A stretch of 63,298 nucleotides of DNA, the filler included, from Guillardia theta CCMP2712 (taxonomy: Eukaryota > Protista > Cryptophyta): the NCBI RefSeq assembly GCF_000315625.1. It is 7 parts of 7 records of this genome, joined end to end, with 100 filler letters (N's around TTAATTAATTAA, not from the genome) between each part and the next. Parts side by side here need not be neighbours in the genome. Positions count along the whole stretch, not along the records: positions 1 to 26,888 come from NW_005434522.1; 6 more parts are not named here. One strand, given 5' to 3'. This document shows, piece after piece, positions 10,441 through 24,055 of the stretch. Under the pieces are notes generated by a model. It had not been told where the DNA came from and made no database searches. It saw only the letters and a list, made by a program, of their open reading frames with translations. Both the position numbers and the translations under genes were made by a program. The stretch's first letter is position 1, and each line of letters starts with the position of its first letter.

Positions 10441-10920
10441 ATGCAAAACCCAGTGTTCGCCATCGCAGAAGCCAGGCATGATGCACTGCTCCATCAGCTA
10501 CCCCATCCGAACACAAGTGGCAACATCTCCTCGTGGCAAGTCCCTCTTCAGGCCAGACTTGCTACCGTGAATGCAGTCACGCATCCTGGTGCTTTCATTC
10601 CTCCTCATCATGTGCCGCAGGCATCGCTTCCTGTACAGCATGTCGCAACGATGCCCCAGGGATTTGTTTATCCTGTCCAGCAGACGGCTCCAGGCGTGAT
10701 GTATCATGTCCCTCCGCAAGTCGTGCAGCATCCTGCTATGCATCAATATGTTGAAGTTGCGAAGACCGAAGCTTTCCATGACATCATGCAGCATCAGCTC
10801 CACAACCGTCTGGTGACTCATCATCCCCACCCCTTCACAACCCAACAGAAATTAGCCTTGAGGCACGAAGAGCTTACTATCGGGATATCTTCCATGTTTG
10901 AGATTGACGCTGGAAACTGA
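10441..10920 (+). CDS. Hypothetical H/Q/P-rich protein
   Basis: Open frame from ATG 10441, downstream of a C-rich tract. No known motif. Confidence 0.35.
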   Translation: MQNPVFAIAEARHDALLHQLPHPNTSGNISSWQVPLQARLATVNAVTHPGAFIPPHHVPQASLPVQHVATMPQGFVYPVQQTAPGVMYHVPPQVVQHPAMHQYVEVAKTEAFHDIMQHQLHNRLVTHHPHPFTTQQKLALRHEELTIGISSMFEIDAGN

Positions 10921-11219
10921 ACAAAAAACCCTCTTCTTGTCAAGCACGGTATGTTTGCTGAAGTGGATATATCATTTGCATATATTGAAGTATGAAGTAT
11001 AATTTGCATTGAGAGGAAAAAATCTTAAATATTTTCTAGTTGGACATCCCGGCCACTGCTACCTATTTCCTCTTGCCAGTATTTCTAAACACAGATGGCA
11101 CGGCGCCGTTTCTCATTTGACCGGACTGACTGTCAGTGTCGTACCCAACTACATCACACTTGACCTTGGCACCCGCATACTGCGGCAAGGCGGCAATACT
11201 GGTAGTACAGACGTATAGC

Positions 11220-11790
11220 ACTGCAGGTCATACGCCCCGCGACCACCGTGATCGGACCCGTCACGCGTAATTCTCAGTGGTACTACGGTACGGTACCACC
11301 GCCGGGATAATCGCCGGACTCGATCACTGAGCCTGCCTACCGTATGGCCGCGTCAACCGAGGCAGCAGCCCGGCAGCCAGCCATTCCATGAAAGTTGTCA
11401 TGCTGCCAGGTATCGTATATCCGGGTACTGAGTACCGCCCTGCGCCGTACGGTACTATGTAGGATCACAGTACGGTATCAGGCTGAGCCTCAGGCTTGAC
11501 TCAGGCCGGGCTGCCGCCCGCGAGTCCGACGGCGACTCGCCTGACGGTGACTCAGTCAGGTACAGTACGGCGGTCAGTGCACTGAGGAGGGGGTAGGGTT
11601 CCCATCAAGGATGTCAAGGAAGAGACATGTACTTCACTATCAATATGTGGATGGTCTCGGAGAAAACCAGAGCGGCCCGGCCGGGCTTCCGGCCCGCGGC
11701 GGCTCCGGCGCCGCGGCCGCGGCCCGGCGGCCGCCTGCCGGGGCCCGGCGTCTGTGAACTTAACTTGATCCGTTACGGCCGTTGAGTTCA
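11220..11790. other. GC-rich palindrome-dense intergenic island
   Basis: Dense GTAC, CCGG, GACTC/GAGTC and GGCC words, with no credible ORF. Same texture as the islands at 29.5, 30.5, 33.6, 50.4 and 58.5 kb. Confidence 0.6.
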
Positions 11791-11874
11791 ACTGAAGCAC
11801 TTGTCGGAATGAAAGTACATGGTGGAACAGAGAAGATCATGAAGGAGGAGACGAAAGAAAATTCATGAGAGGTC

Positions 11875-14353
11875 ATGGAAAGACGAGACCACTCGCAGCA
11901 GCATAACTCGGATGATGAGAGCGAAGATGCACAATTGATGTTATCACTCACGATGTCTGAAGCTGCCTCTCCCATGCTGTAGTTTTGGGACGAGATCGAA
12001 AAATCAACTCGCTGCATTAAAGGGGATGGCTCGTTTGAAAACGAACGCTCTCCTGGAAGGATTGAGTTTGGAGATGTTCAAGCTGTTTTATCAGCTGTCA
12101 GAGTCTAACAACTTTGAGGCTCTAATCGTTCTTCTGGAAGGTGAGGCTGTGAGCCTACGTCTTTGACTCAACTGATGCCTTTGAAGCTCTGACCTCGGGT
12201 ACGATGCTTGCAAGCCTTGTGGTACAAGACTTGAGCAACGCCGTGTGGTTTGCGGGAGCAAACGAGGAGGACCAAGTCCAGCAAGTGCTGTCGTCATGTT
12301 CAGACTCTCCAACGGAATCCCTCCGGAGCCTTTTTCTCACCCTGATGGTTGAAGAGAATTATCAGCTCGAAGAAGACATCAAATCCCTGGTGGACGAGGC
12401 GCGGACCATGTCCTCCCTCTTACCTGCAGAACTGATGAGGTGCGAGGTCGCGAGGTCTACTCGTAGTCTTACCTTGTCTTCAGGGATGTGATCGTAAGTC
12501 TGTCGACAAGTACTTCTCCGATAGCTCGACTCTTGCAGAGGTCCCACTTTCAACGCTTTGATGACTCCAAGTGTTGGGCCCAAGACGGCGAGCCGACGAG
12601 CTTGGGGAATGATATGAATGCAGGAGCAGCGGCACCAAGACATTCAACTTTCGATGAGCTGCGGAGAAGTATCGAGAGAGAGAAACTGTTGCTGGGAACG
12701 CAAGGCAGCACCGACCTGCAATCATCTGCCTCACTTAAGGTAATGCCTTCACAATTGGCGAGGGAAGAAGGGAAAGAAAGCTTCATCAGATTCGAAGACA
12801 TGCAGAAGACTTTGGCTTTCGAGTTGTGGGGCATCGGCGAGGGGTCAACTCGACTCCTCGAAGTTCTTCAGGCTTCACATGTGAGCAACAATGCTGCAGT
12901 GAGCGACAGCCCAAGCAGTTGCGACGTCTCCTTGGATGCGTCATCACGCCTTGACTCCTTGTCCTTCATCTCTCGATCGAACCTCTTGCCCTCGAGTCAG
13001 GAGCAGCCGCCTCGAACAGGTGGTCGCGCGAGTGATCTAGAGGGGGAGGACGTGGAGGGAATGCTGCTCCAGACGCAAGGAGAGGGAAGAGACTCGCAGC
13101 AAGAAGCTTTCCATGCGCATGTGAAGCGAATTGGCGAGGCAGTGAAGCCAAAGCATCACGTGCAGACGCGAGTGAGAGCCTTGTCAAACGGAGGAAACAA
13201 GATGATGCCGGAGTACCTGAGTAGAAGGTCGACATCTCGTGCCCATGGCCTGTCCCAGCTCCATCGCAGCTGCAGCCCGACGTCTGATGCAGAGAAAGAG
13301 AACAGAAAGCAATTAGAGGCTGCCCGCACAGTGACTTCCTCCTCGTCTCACAGTAAGAGTCCGTCGCGATTGCCAAAAAAGCTGCAAAAGGCTCAGTCAA
13401 TCGCGAACAAGAGCGAAGCCTCTGCATCTCGTCAACGACTGGAGGACAAGAAAGCGCAGGGGAGCAGGCGACCTCAGTCGTCGTCGGCGAACACAAGGGA
13501 CATGAAGACTGGGTCTCGTCACCCAGCAAAAGATAACTCGAAGAAGAGCAAGACAGAGAACTCGTCGCCTTGGATTCTCATGCAGCTGCAGGAAGGAGGC
13601 AGCGCTGCTTCCATCGACGCTGTTGAGGACGTTGACGGGCTGCCAGCGGGTCCCCCGCCTGGCTTGTCGTCCACAAGTCGGAGGACGTCAAAGAGGAGTA
13701 TCGTGGAGAGGTGCGAATGGCTGCAGCAAGAGTGGGCCATCCTCATCCTCCAAGCCTCGATTCGCAGAGCCCTTGCCAACAACGCCGCGAGGGCGGAGCA
13801 ACAGAGGGCGCATGGTAGAGCAGCGCGGTGGACGTCTAACCGAGGCAAAAGGGGAGAGCAGGAGGTACCTGCAGAAGTCAAAGTGTCGGCTGGGCGAGAG
13901 AAGAAGTTGCCTCTGCGTGCTGTTCCGTTTGAAGATGTGAATAGACGCAGAGCTGCGAGAGAAAAAGTCGCGGTGAAGCGACAGGGCAAGGCAGCGAGCA
14001 AATCTCCTGCTCTGTGGGTTCCATTCAATCTCGGGGACAGGCCCTCTGCGAGGAGAGAGAACTTGGCAGAGGAGAGTGGCGCGCTCTCTTTCTTGTACAC
14101 AAGTCAGTCTACGTTGCTGAGTGGGTCGAGCCTGAGGTCTCTGTTGCCCCTGCAGTCGCTGGAGACGAGCAGCGAGGAGGATCTGAACTCCCTCGGGGAC
14201 CTCTCAGGATTTCGCGTTCTCATGAGCAGAGGGCGAGGCGCGGGAGGAGGAGGAGTAGTAAGAACGTGCATGCGCTTGAAGATGATGAGGAAAGCGTTCG
14301 TGTCATGGGCGGAATCGCGCAGCGTCAAAGGAGAAACTATGAGATTGTATTGA
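11875..14353 (+). CDS. Hypothetical Ser/Arg-rich protein with an IQ-like motif; main exon about 12540-14353
   Basis: 621-aa ORF containing AILILQASIRRALA (IQ-like). The 5' exons are uncertain. Confidence 0.5.
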
Positions 14354-14519
14354 TCGAGGACAAGAAATAAACAAGAGGGACAGATTCCTTGGAACGGAAA
14401 GTGAGAGTTGCGGGAGGATAAGCAAAAAATGGAGGACGAGGAGGAGGAGGGCGAAAAGGAGAAACCAATATGAGGAGGAGGACGAAAAGGAGAAACCGAT
14501 GGCCTGAGCCTGGGATCGG

Positions 14520-15686
14520 CAGTTGATCAGGTCAGTTAATCTTCAAGGTCGTCGGGCTCATCAAAACTGTCGCTTGACCATCGACGTTATGCCAGACAGC
14601 ATGCCTCCTCCTACCGAGATCACGCCTGCCACCCCTCAGCCTCCAACATGCCACAGACTCGCTCACCTGACACCAAGCCTCCTCCTACCTCTACAGCTGT
14701 CGACCCGGTGTTGAGCAGCCTGCATAGAACGAGTCAGAGGAGAGAGGGAGCGAGTGAGAAGAGAGAGAGAGCGGGCTAGGAGGGGAAAGCAGCGGTAACG
14801 CAGAGGAAAGTGATCGAGAGAAACAGAGCTGGCGGAGGGAGGGAGGGAGGGAGGGAGGGAGGGAGGGAGGGAGGGAGGGAGGGAGGGAGGGGAGGGGAGG
14901 GGAGGGGAGAGAGGGAGGGGAGGGAGGGGAGGGAGGGGAGGGAGGGGAGGGAGGGGAAGGGGGGGAGAACCTATCTCGGAGGAATGTCAAGGTCTGAGAG
15001 TCGGAGGAGGCGCCTGCCGTGTGCAGCATCCCAGCCTTCTCCCCCTTTGCAAGAGAACGCGCAGCAGCGTCAAGCACATCGTCGAACACCATTTCCAAGC
15101 GCATGTCGGTGATCTGCAACGAGGATGACAAGAGAATGAGAGAGGGGTAAAGGAGACCTCCTGACGCATCGTCCTCTCCCTGAGGTTCACGCTGATCTGC
15201 TCCTCATCCCGTCACTCCATCTCCTACGCCCTCCTCTCATTCCTCAACCTCTCCGCTCAGCTTTGCTAGCGCCAGCATCGGCTCCTTCCCAACGCCAACC
15301 GTCGCCACTTTGAAATTTGTCTGCCCAAGATGAGAATCGAATTGACTGCATGCAGCACAATGGCACCTTAGCAGTGACAGTCCTAGTCTGAAGGTCCACG
15401 CGAAACAACGAGGAAGTGTTGTGTATGCTGATACAGAGCTCGATATCCTCAGGCGTACCTGCGAAAGCTCACTAACTGTCCAACAGATTGAGTATGATTT
15501 GCCAGCTAGAGATTGTTGCAGCTCATCAAGAAGTTGTGCAAGAAGTGACTGGTTTGCAACTCGCCATATCATGTCATCCTGCCATCCCATTGTCCATCAG
15601 GATTATCATCTGCATCATCAACTCGACCTCCACCTTAATTCCCTCCCTCTATCACCACCACCACCACCACCACCACATCATCATCA

Positions 15687-15749
<63 letters not shown>

Positions 15750-16410
15750 CCATCGTGATCGTGATCGTGATCGTGATCATCCACAGCCATAGCCATAGCA
15801 GCCATCAATTCTTTCCTCATCTTCATCATGAACATCAGCAAAAGCCTTTGAATCTTCACCTTGTGCTCGTGGTTTGCGTAATACTGCCGGATGCTCTCGA
15901 CGTCGCTCATCGGGTCCCCCCCCTCATCAGGCACCACCTGGTACTCCATGCGGGAGATCTCCGACTGGATGGTGTAGTTGGCAAGCTGAGGCCTCTGCTC
16001 GTAGTACTGGAAGGTGACATCTGCTTCCGAGTTCTTCTTTGCCAGCCGTCTGAGGAGAAAAGTGAGGGTAGCGAGAGGACGGGAAGCAAAGGGGAGAAGA
16101 GGAGAGGACGGGAAGCAAAGTGGAGAAGAGGAGAGGACGGGAAGCAAAGTGGAGAAGAGGAGAGGACGGGAAGCAAAGTGGAGAAGAGGAGAGGGCAGAA
16201 AGCATAGGAGAGGGGAGGAGAGGAGAGGAAGGAAAGCAAAGGGGAGGAGGAGAAGAAAAGCTAGCACCTGTTCAGATCTCGTCGTGTTGCTGGATCTGCT
16301 ACTCTCATCTGAAATCGTCGCAATCTCTTCACAAACTCCGCTGCTCGCGGCGACATCTCCGGCGTCTGTAGGGAATCACATGCTGCCAGTCTGCGCGCTA
16401 TTCGCGTCAT
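14520..16410 (-). CDS. Multi-exon hypothetical protein
   Basis: Exon-like segments (MTRIARRL.., RLAKKNSEADVTFQYYE.., DDMIWRVANQSLL.., ITDMRLEMVFDD..) between microsatellite introns. The 3' end is approximate. Confidence 0.5.
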
Positions 16411-17428
16411 ACCTCCAGCACTAGCTGACCGTTGGCATCGAACCCGTCCACCACCGCCGTCTTCTCTCCACCCCCCTGTTACATCGCCATACTCAGGCTG
16501 CAAGGTGGGTGTGCGTAATAGTGACCTTGGGAGTAGTGTCGCGCGTCCTAGAGCTCTTGGGAGAATCTGTGGGCAGCTACACGGTTTGAGAGCAGGTGAA
16601 CAATGGAACGGGAGTAAGAGTCCGAGGAGGGGGTTTGAGAAGAGTTTCAAGCATCTTATGATATCCGACGATATGTTATGACGTGAGTTTTGAAAAAGAT
16701 GTGACATTACATCACTTGTCACGACATCGGTATGTGCAACATTGGTGAAATGTGGAAATTTCAAACTAGTATACATAATGAACATGAGATGTGGTAATTT
16801 CACAAACCAGTGTACCCATGAATGCATTTCAATTCTTCTTTGCCATATTTTCTTCTTTGTTGTATGCATGTTTCTTCATTCTTGTTTCTCCTCTTCATCG
16901 GCAATTCACCTTGCTTGCCGAAAGCTCCGCCATGAGCGCGTCCAACCCGTCCATGCCAGCATCGCCTGACATCCTTGCAAGCTATCAGATCTTTGATGGG
17001 GTGGGGCAAAAAGGAGTGGGTGAGGGTAGGAGGCATTAAATAAGATATGGCCATGATACGAAAAGTATTGAGTATAGCAAAGGAAAAATGAGATAGGTAG
17101 AGATATAATTGGTTTGAAACTCTAAATCATGGGTGGTTCAAATGCTTAGTGTTCTGCCAAGTGGGTAGGGGTGGGGCAGTCCAGACAGGTCGGCGACGAG
17201 ATGCAGTGACATTGAAGCAGAAAGAGTTGCAGAAGAGAAGAAGAAGAGAAGAAGAAGAGAAGAAGAGAAGAAGAGAAGAAGTAGATCAAGACAAGACAAT
17301 ATGCATTGATGACGATGCCAAAGACATTGTTTATCGTGGTCTGATTTGACATGAAATCTGGTTGTCCTAGTAAGGAAATTGCCATAAGAGATCGTTTTGG
17401 TGGACATTACTTGTAACTCGGATTTTAT

Positions 17429-18358
17429 ATGTCTGTTCATCAACAAGTCGTCTTTCTCTTCCTGCTTGTCGGGTCTCTGCTACCTGTCGATGCCTTTCAC
17501 CCTTCGAGCTTTCCTCTCAAGCCAGCGATCAAGAGAGGAGCACTTGGATCTCTCCGGCCAGTACGCATGTCCTCGACGGCGACGATCAGCTCGCATGTGC
17601 AGCAACAAGTTGCCTTGCTGGCTTCTGCAAGTGAGGTGCAGCTGCAGGTCATGGTGTCTAAGTTTCTTGGCTATGGCATCTTGGTTGGATCTCTGTTCCT
17701 GCAGGTCCCTCAGCTCCTCCGCATCCTCCTCTCTCGCAGTGTCGTCGGGCTTTCTGCAACCGCGAGGTACAGCGAAGTTCCGATCAACAGCAGCAGCGTC
17801 ATCTACCACTTCCTCCTCGGGTATCCACTGGCTTGCTATGGAGAGAACATCGTCGTCCTCATTCAGAACTTGATCGTCGTCGCGCTTATCTGGGCATGGA
17901 GGACGCCGAGGGTTCCAGTCCGAGAGATGCTGTTTTGCACCTTGTCCTTCGTCGTGCTCTGTGCAGCTCAACTCTCGCTCCCCAAGGAGCTTCTCCCCTG
18001 GCTCATCTACGTCAACATCCCATTCATCTTCGGCTCGACGGTACCTCAGATCCTGGCGAACGCGAGGCAGGGGCACACAGGGCAGCTCTCGATCCTCACG
18101 TGCTTTCTAAAGCTGGTCGGATGCTGCGTCAGAATCTTCACCACCATAACTCAGATCGGTCTTGATCCCGGGCTGCTGCTGGGCTACTTTGCAGGCGCGA
18201 GCATGAACCTGACGCTGGTGAGATGCGAGTTCATTGATGAGGAAACAATTGAGTGACTGGATGAGCAGGTCCTGCAAGGTTTCTACTACCGCGATGCGAC
18301 AGCACAGCTGAACGAGGAGGAGAGGAGGAAGAGAGATGCAGACAAGAAGTCGATATGA
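17429..18358 (+). CDS. PQ-loop membrane protein, MPDU1/Lec35-like, with a bipartite plastid-type presequence
   Basis: Two PQ motifs (LQVPQLLRI, STVPQILAN), GHTGQLS, and a signal peptide ending VDA-FHP. Intron about 18218-18268. Confidence 0.85.
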
Positions 18359-18448
18359 TCTATCTCAACCGACTTTACATATGCGTCATAGTACAAATGA
18401 TCCCCTGCCCTCCTCCGAGCCCCCTTCACTGGAAACAGAAACTTCAGT

Positions 18449-19408
18449 TTAAAACATACTGTCATGAGTTTCCACACACATCTCTTTACTGAAGAACGCC
18501 TTCCGATTTCTCTGAGTCGCCTTGATCAGATATTCTTTGGCCGCATCTGTCATAACATCATTCTCAGTCTAGCAATCATTGCCATGTTTTCTTATCACTA
18601 TGCATGTCTCATAGCCACCTATTGACCACCACCTCCACCACCTCTTCCTCCATAGCTTCATCATCATGATTTCATCACCTAATTCTGCGTTGCAAGCGAG
18701 TGCCACATGGTCACCGATGAAGTCTCGCCAGGCCGTTCGAGGCTGCCAGGAGCTGTCGAGCTGTCTGTCGGTGTACCATCCCGTCAAGCACGATTCTATC
18801 TTCGCCATCAACTAGACTGTCGTCAGCAACTCCACCGTCGCCATCTTTTTCACCGAATCCACTTGCAAGCTCTCAAACTTGTTCTCAGTGCAGAGAGACG
18901 CGAAGTGCTCGCAGTTACATGTCGCCATGTTGTAGTGGGTCTTCCCTTCGTGCGCCATGGTGCGGGCGATCATGTCGGGAAGCTGCTGCCCTGATGCGCG
19001 TGTCGAGGCGAAGAGCTGCGGCATGGTGAGGAGGCATCGAGACTTCCGTCTTCCACCTTCTTTCCCCCGCAGAATTCCGTCAAAGGCAGCACCTTGACTA
19101 TCCCCTCGTGATTCAGCTGCGCCACACAGACATCGTCACTCCCGTCGACCCTCCCCAGCAAGACGCCGAAGTGAAAGTACTCGACGAGCTTCAGACTCTG
19201 CGGGGCAGTGCAGCGAACAAACACCTTGTGCTGACTTCAGCAGGAGGATTGAGTGCATCTATCATACCTTAGTTCCTGCTTTCACTCGACATCGAGCTTC
19301 AGCCAGCTCCATTTCAACATATCCATTCGGAATGCGCCATGGGCGAATCAGAGCCGAGTGGTCACTCTCATCGTGCTGTGCAGAGGAGCGACAAGCGCCA
19401 GCACCCAT
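18449..19408 (-). CDS. LRAT/NC-domain protein (permuted NlpC/P60, H-rev107-like)
   Basis: YFHFGV motif and YNMATCNCEHFAS (NCEHF). The MGAGAC N-terminus suggests acylation. The 3' end is approximate. Confidence 0.8.
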
Positions 19409-19550
19409 GTGAAGGAGCTTTCACGAGGCTTCTGATGCCTCTATGATACGCGGGACCTGACTTGATCTCAGGCAGATATAGATACGTCTTCCAGGTAATC
19501 TCGATGCTTTGACGCGACTGAGTCTCTGCACTATCCTTACTGTGATGATG

Positions 19551-19689
19551 CTCTATGAGTGACGTATGTTTGTGGTAGATGTATTTGTTTCTTCTCTCTA
19601 TGAGTGACGTATGTTTGTGGTAGATGTATTTGTTTCTTCTCTCTATGAGTGACGTATGTTTGTGGTAGATGTATTTGTTTCTTCTCTCT
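19551..19689. repeat. Three tandem 45-bp units
   Basis: ctctatgagtgacgtatgtttgtggtagatgtatttgtttcttct at 19551, 19596 and 19641. Confidence 0.95.
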
Positions 19690-20029
19690 GTCTTGGTTCG
19701 CTTTGTTCGCTCGCTTCCTCTACCCTCGGAATGATGTCGGTTTGATTGTAAAAGGCATCAAATCAACTAGAGGAGATAATTGGCTTTACAACAAATGCCC
19801 TCCAATATGTCCTAGGGGTAATCATGAGGCGGGCCCAGAAATATCCCGACAAGCGAATGACGGAGGTGGGATCATGCCACGAGAGGATGCTGTGGGAGGG
19901 AAGGAGGGAGGGAGGGAGGGAGGGAGGGAGGGAGGGAGGGAGGGAGAGGAGGGAGTAGGGTGAGGGAGGGAGGGAGGGCGAAGAGGAGGTGGGGGGAAGC
20001 GGCGGGAACTGAGGGAGGTAAGTAAAAGG

Positions 20030-21243
20030 CAGCTCTCTTTCATGGAGTCAGCTTCCTTGCGTGAGGAGATTTGATGACCATGTTCCCAGGGGCTCTCGGC
20101 GGGTGCTTGAGAGCCTTTGGATCCGACGATCACGACTGATCGACGAGGGATGGGGCGCCGGGCACACGTCTCTGAGGCGCGGTCGTCATGAAAGAGGCAT
20201 CGAGGAAGGACAATTCACCTTCCTCTTGAACCTCAATCTCTCAACGTCCTCCTTTGTGTTGACGTTGGTTTTCTTCTTGACGGGGCTCGCGACGCTCTTC
20301 TGATTCTGCTCTTTCCTCGTCACGTCCTGTGCGTTCATTGCCACCTTCTCCTCCTTGTCGAGCGCGATGTTTGTGTTTCTCTGCAAAACTGACGACTAGT
20401 TGTCATGGTGCGACTTGCTAAAATCAAACTCACAATCAAGCAGCTCAGCGATGAAGGAGTCTTTCTCATGCGCAGAAACGTCCTTGCACCTTCACGCACG
20501 GTCACTCTCTTCCTTCTCCATCATGCTCTCATCCGCATCAGTATCCGCATCTCCATCTCCATCTCCATCCCCATCCCCCTCTTCATTATCATTTTCATCA
20601 TCATTGTCGTCGTCATCATCATCATCTCCATCATCATCTCATCGGCATCGGCATCGGCATCGGTAGTCTTTGTTCTCACAGGTCAAAACAGATCTTCAGC
20701 GGCGCAGCTTCCGGCGGCTGGTAGACAAATGCGATCGCGAGCGAGTCCGACTGCCGGCGCCGTCAACAAGGAGCGAAGAGGAAGGAAAGTCCCACGTCTT
20801 GCGAACTGATCTCGATCTTCGGCTCGGTCACGGCGAAAGCAATGCACAAGAAGAAATCGTTCCAAGACTCGATAAAGGGGCATTCCCTGCCAGCAAGACA
20901 GCCTGTCAGCTCCACAGCTCGTCCTCCTCCTCGTCCTCGTCCTCCTCCTTCACCTCATCCTCACGCTTTTCATGTCGTTCTCTGTCAACCTGCTCACATA
21001 AAGGTCTCCCTTGCTGTTCGTTGCTCGCAAGCACCACACTTGCTCAGAGTCTTTTGCTGTCGTCATTGCGCACAACCTGCACGCTACGTCATTGTCAGCC
21101 TCCATGCTCGCGTCCTCACCTCCAGCCATCGCATGTGAGCGCAAAGGTAGCAACGCGAGAGAGCTGACATTGATGGTCAGCAAGAGAAGAACATGTGCAA
21201 GGTCTACAGCTCGCGAAAAATGCTGCGGATCCTCTTCAGACAT
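20030..21243 (-). CDS. Multi-exon hypothetical protein; possibly XRCC4/PAXX/SAS-6-like (head domain plus helix)
   Basis: Spliced reading includes VWCLRATNSKGDLYVSRLTENDMK, FIESWNDFFLCIAFA, KICFDL and FIAELLD. The family guess is weak. Confidence 0.4.
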
Positions 21244-21451
21244 GGCACATGTGAAGTCGATAGAGGAGGACGGGAGGGAAGGAGGGAGGGAGGAAGGGAG
21301 GGAGGGAGGGAGAACGAGCAGATGTCGAGAGAGGCGCTAAGGGATATAGAGGGAGGGAGGGAGGGAGGGAGGGAGGGAGGAGGGAGCCGGGCTTTTAAAA
21401 AACAAATCTTGGTGAAAAAGACAATTGTAGATCCTGCTAGCTGGCTGTTCC

Positions 21452-24055
21452 ATGGCGCCGTCCTCCCTTACCGCCGCCCTTTCACGCCATGTCTATCTCT
21501 CCCTCCTCCTCCTCCTCCTCTCCTCCCTCCTCTCCTCCTGCGCTGCACCAGCATGCTCGGCGTTCGTTGTGAGTGGAGTCAGCAAGCTGAACGATCGGGG
21601 GAGGAGCGAATGTCCCCGCGCATGCCCTCGAACGGTGATGGCACCGCTCATGGCGTCGGGCACGGGAGCTCGCAGAGAGGCCATGCTCGAGGAGTGGGCG
21701 AGAGCCAACGGCATCTTCTGCATGCTCAACATCAAGCGGATGGCGGACGGAGAAAGGAAAGCTGTTGCAGCCAACGCACTGGCAGGAGGAGAGAGAGTGG
21801 TGCGAGTGCCGAGAGAAGTTTCGTTTGTGACCTTCCAAGGAGACGCCTCTCCTCTCCCGCCCTCGTTTGTCGATCAGGACACCTGGCAGCAGGTTTCTCT
21901 CCTCCTGCTTCTTTCCCTGCCTGACCTCAGCTAGCTGGACGAGCACTGGAACGCGAAGCTTGCGCTGATGCTGCTCCACGAGATGCGTCGAGGAGGTCAG
22001 GAGCCTCGAGCTGAGATGTTTGAGTGCTGAGAGCGCCATGGCAGAAGCGAGCAGGTGGTGGGAGTACTTACTCCACTTGCCCAAGAGACTTCATTCCACA
22101 AGTACGTGCAACTTCCGATCTCTTCCACCTGCTCTCGCTCATCTTCTTGCTAGTTCACTGGACGGACGAGGAGCTAGCTGAGCTTCAGAATCCTCGTCTC
22201 GTCGCAGCGGTGCGGGCTAGTCCGGTGGAGCTCATTTCTACTTCCTCTCGCTTGCTGAACATCCCCAGGCGTCGGACTCAAAGCGATCGCATGCTGGGCT
22301 GACGATCGAGGCGTCAGAGTGGCGTTACTTTGACCGAATGCAGGCAGCAGGGGAGCAAGAGACTTCCATGCTCGACCAGGAAACCTTCCAGCGCGACCTC
22401 CACCGCCTCCTCTGCGATCGCATGACTGCCCCTCCTTCCCTCGCAGAGCTGAGATGGGCCATGGACTGCGCTCAGAGTCGCTCGTTCGGCGTGAGCACGA
22501 CAGAGGGAGTGAAGTGCTTCTGCCTGTGCCCTCTTGCGGACATGCTCAACCACGACCCCAGCTCTCCTGCTCTCTTCGACTTCGACCCTGCCACCTCCTG
22601 CTTCGCCATTCGAACCTCCAGGGCTTGGTCGGAAGGGGAGGAAGTGACCATCAGCTACGGGGAGCTGAGTAACGAGGATCTCCTTCAGTTCTACGGCTTT
22701 GTGCTCGACGACAATATGCATGAGTTTGAAAGTTTCGACGTGGAGGAGCTGGGGCTGCTCGTCCCTCGCAAATTGATCGGCTCGGAGGCAGACAGGCTCG
22801 ACCGTCTTTTCCTCCTCTCCTCTCTCTCCTCCGCTGGCCTTCCCGTCCTCTCCCCCGACCACTCGCGGTTGCTGCGCCTGTCTCGGCGAGGCATCTCACC
22901 TCCTCTCATGGCGGTCGCTCGTGTCCTCTCCCTCAGTCGCGAGACGCTGGCGGCGCATGAGGGGAGGCTGGAGGAGCTCGCGGGGCGTCTACTGCGAGGA
23001 AAGCACGTGTGCTTGGACAACGAGCTGGAGGCATGGCGGCTCCTCCGCAGAGCCTGCGAGCGACGGTTGGAAGCGATGCCTACGACAGAGGAGGAGGACG
23101 TCCGGAGGCTTGAGGAGACGAAGAGAGCCAAGGGAAGTGAGCAGATGAAGCTGAGCCTGAGGTATCGAATGAGCAGGAAGAGATTTCTGCGAAGGTCCAT
23201 GATGATGCTAGACGGATACATTTCAAACAGCGAGAGGATGGGAATGGTTTGCACTGTCCTCCTCCCTCCATCGCTCGACGACTTTGTCTTTGACGTCTCC
23301 TCCCATGACCTGAACCCTCCTGCCCGCGACTTGCCTCACCTCAGCGACGCGCGACGTGCAGCATGGACGGCTTCACTCGGAGACAAGGCAGCAGCTGGCG
23401 GTAGCTCCAGCTTCGTGAGCCTCGTCAGCCACGTGCTCTTCGACGCAAACGAGCAGCGCGGCAACAGCAGCTGCCAGATGGCTGAGGAGGCGAAGGAGGA
23501 GCCAGAGGGGAAGAGCGGGAGGAGCAGCTTCGAGAGCCGCATGGAGGGTAGGAAGGAGCAGGTGAGGGAGCTGCTTGCCCTATGGCTCTGACGGGTAGCA
23601 GAGGAGGCTGAGGATGAGCAGAAGTAGCCTGACGGAGGGGACAGAAGCGATGAAAGAAATGAGCGAAAACTTCTCCCTGATCGTCGACGTCTCAAACAGT
23701 CGGACAGGGGAAGGGGAGGCGGAAGGGGAGGCGGAGGCGGAGGATGTTTCTTTTGAGACACTCCTACAAGCGGTGAAGGACAGCAGAAAGGGGTGAGAGA
23801 AGAGAGGAGGAGGAGGAGGAGGAAGGAGGAGGAGGAGGAGGAGGAGGAGGAGGAGGAGGAAGGCAGTGACGCTCCTGTGATCTAGACCATTGCGAAAACT
23901 ACCAACGCAACGAGAAAAGGCTCAAGCAACAGGTGATTCGATTCCGACCCTCCTTTTCTTCGCTCTTTCCCCCTCCTCTGTCTCCTCACTCATGACCAGA
24001 ATGCGATGGGACGAGGATCAGTTCGAGCTGTTCTTTTAAGCTCAATGCTCCATGA
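21452..24055 (+). CDS. SET-domain lysine methyltransferase, Rubisco-LSMT/SETD3 class, with signal plus transit presequence
   Basis: LCPLADMLNHDP, EVTISYGELSNEDLLQFYGF and PTTEEED; N-terminal ACSA-FVV. The 3' exons are uncertain. Confidence 0.88.
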
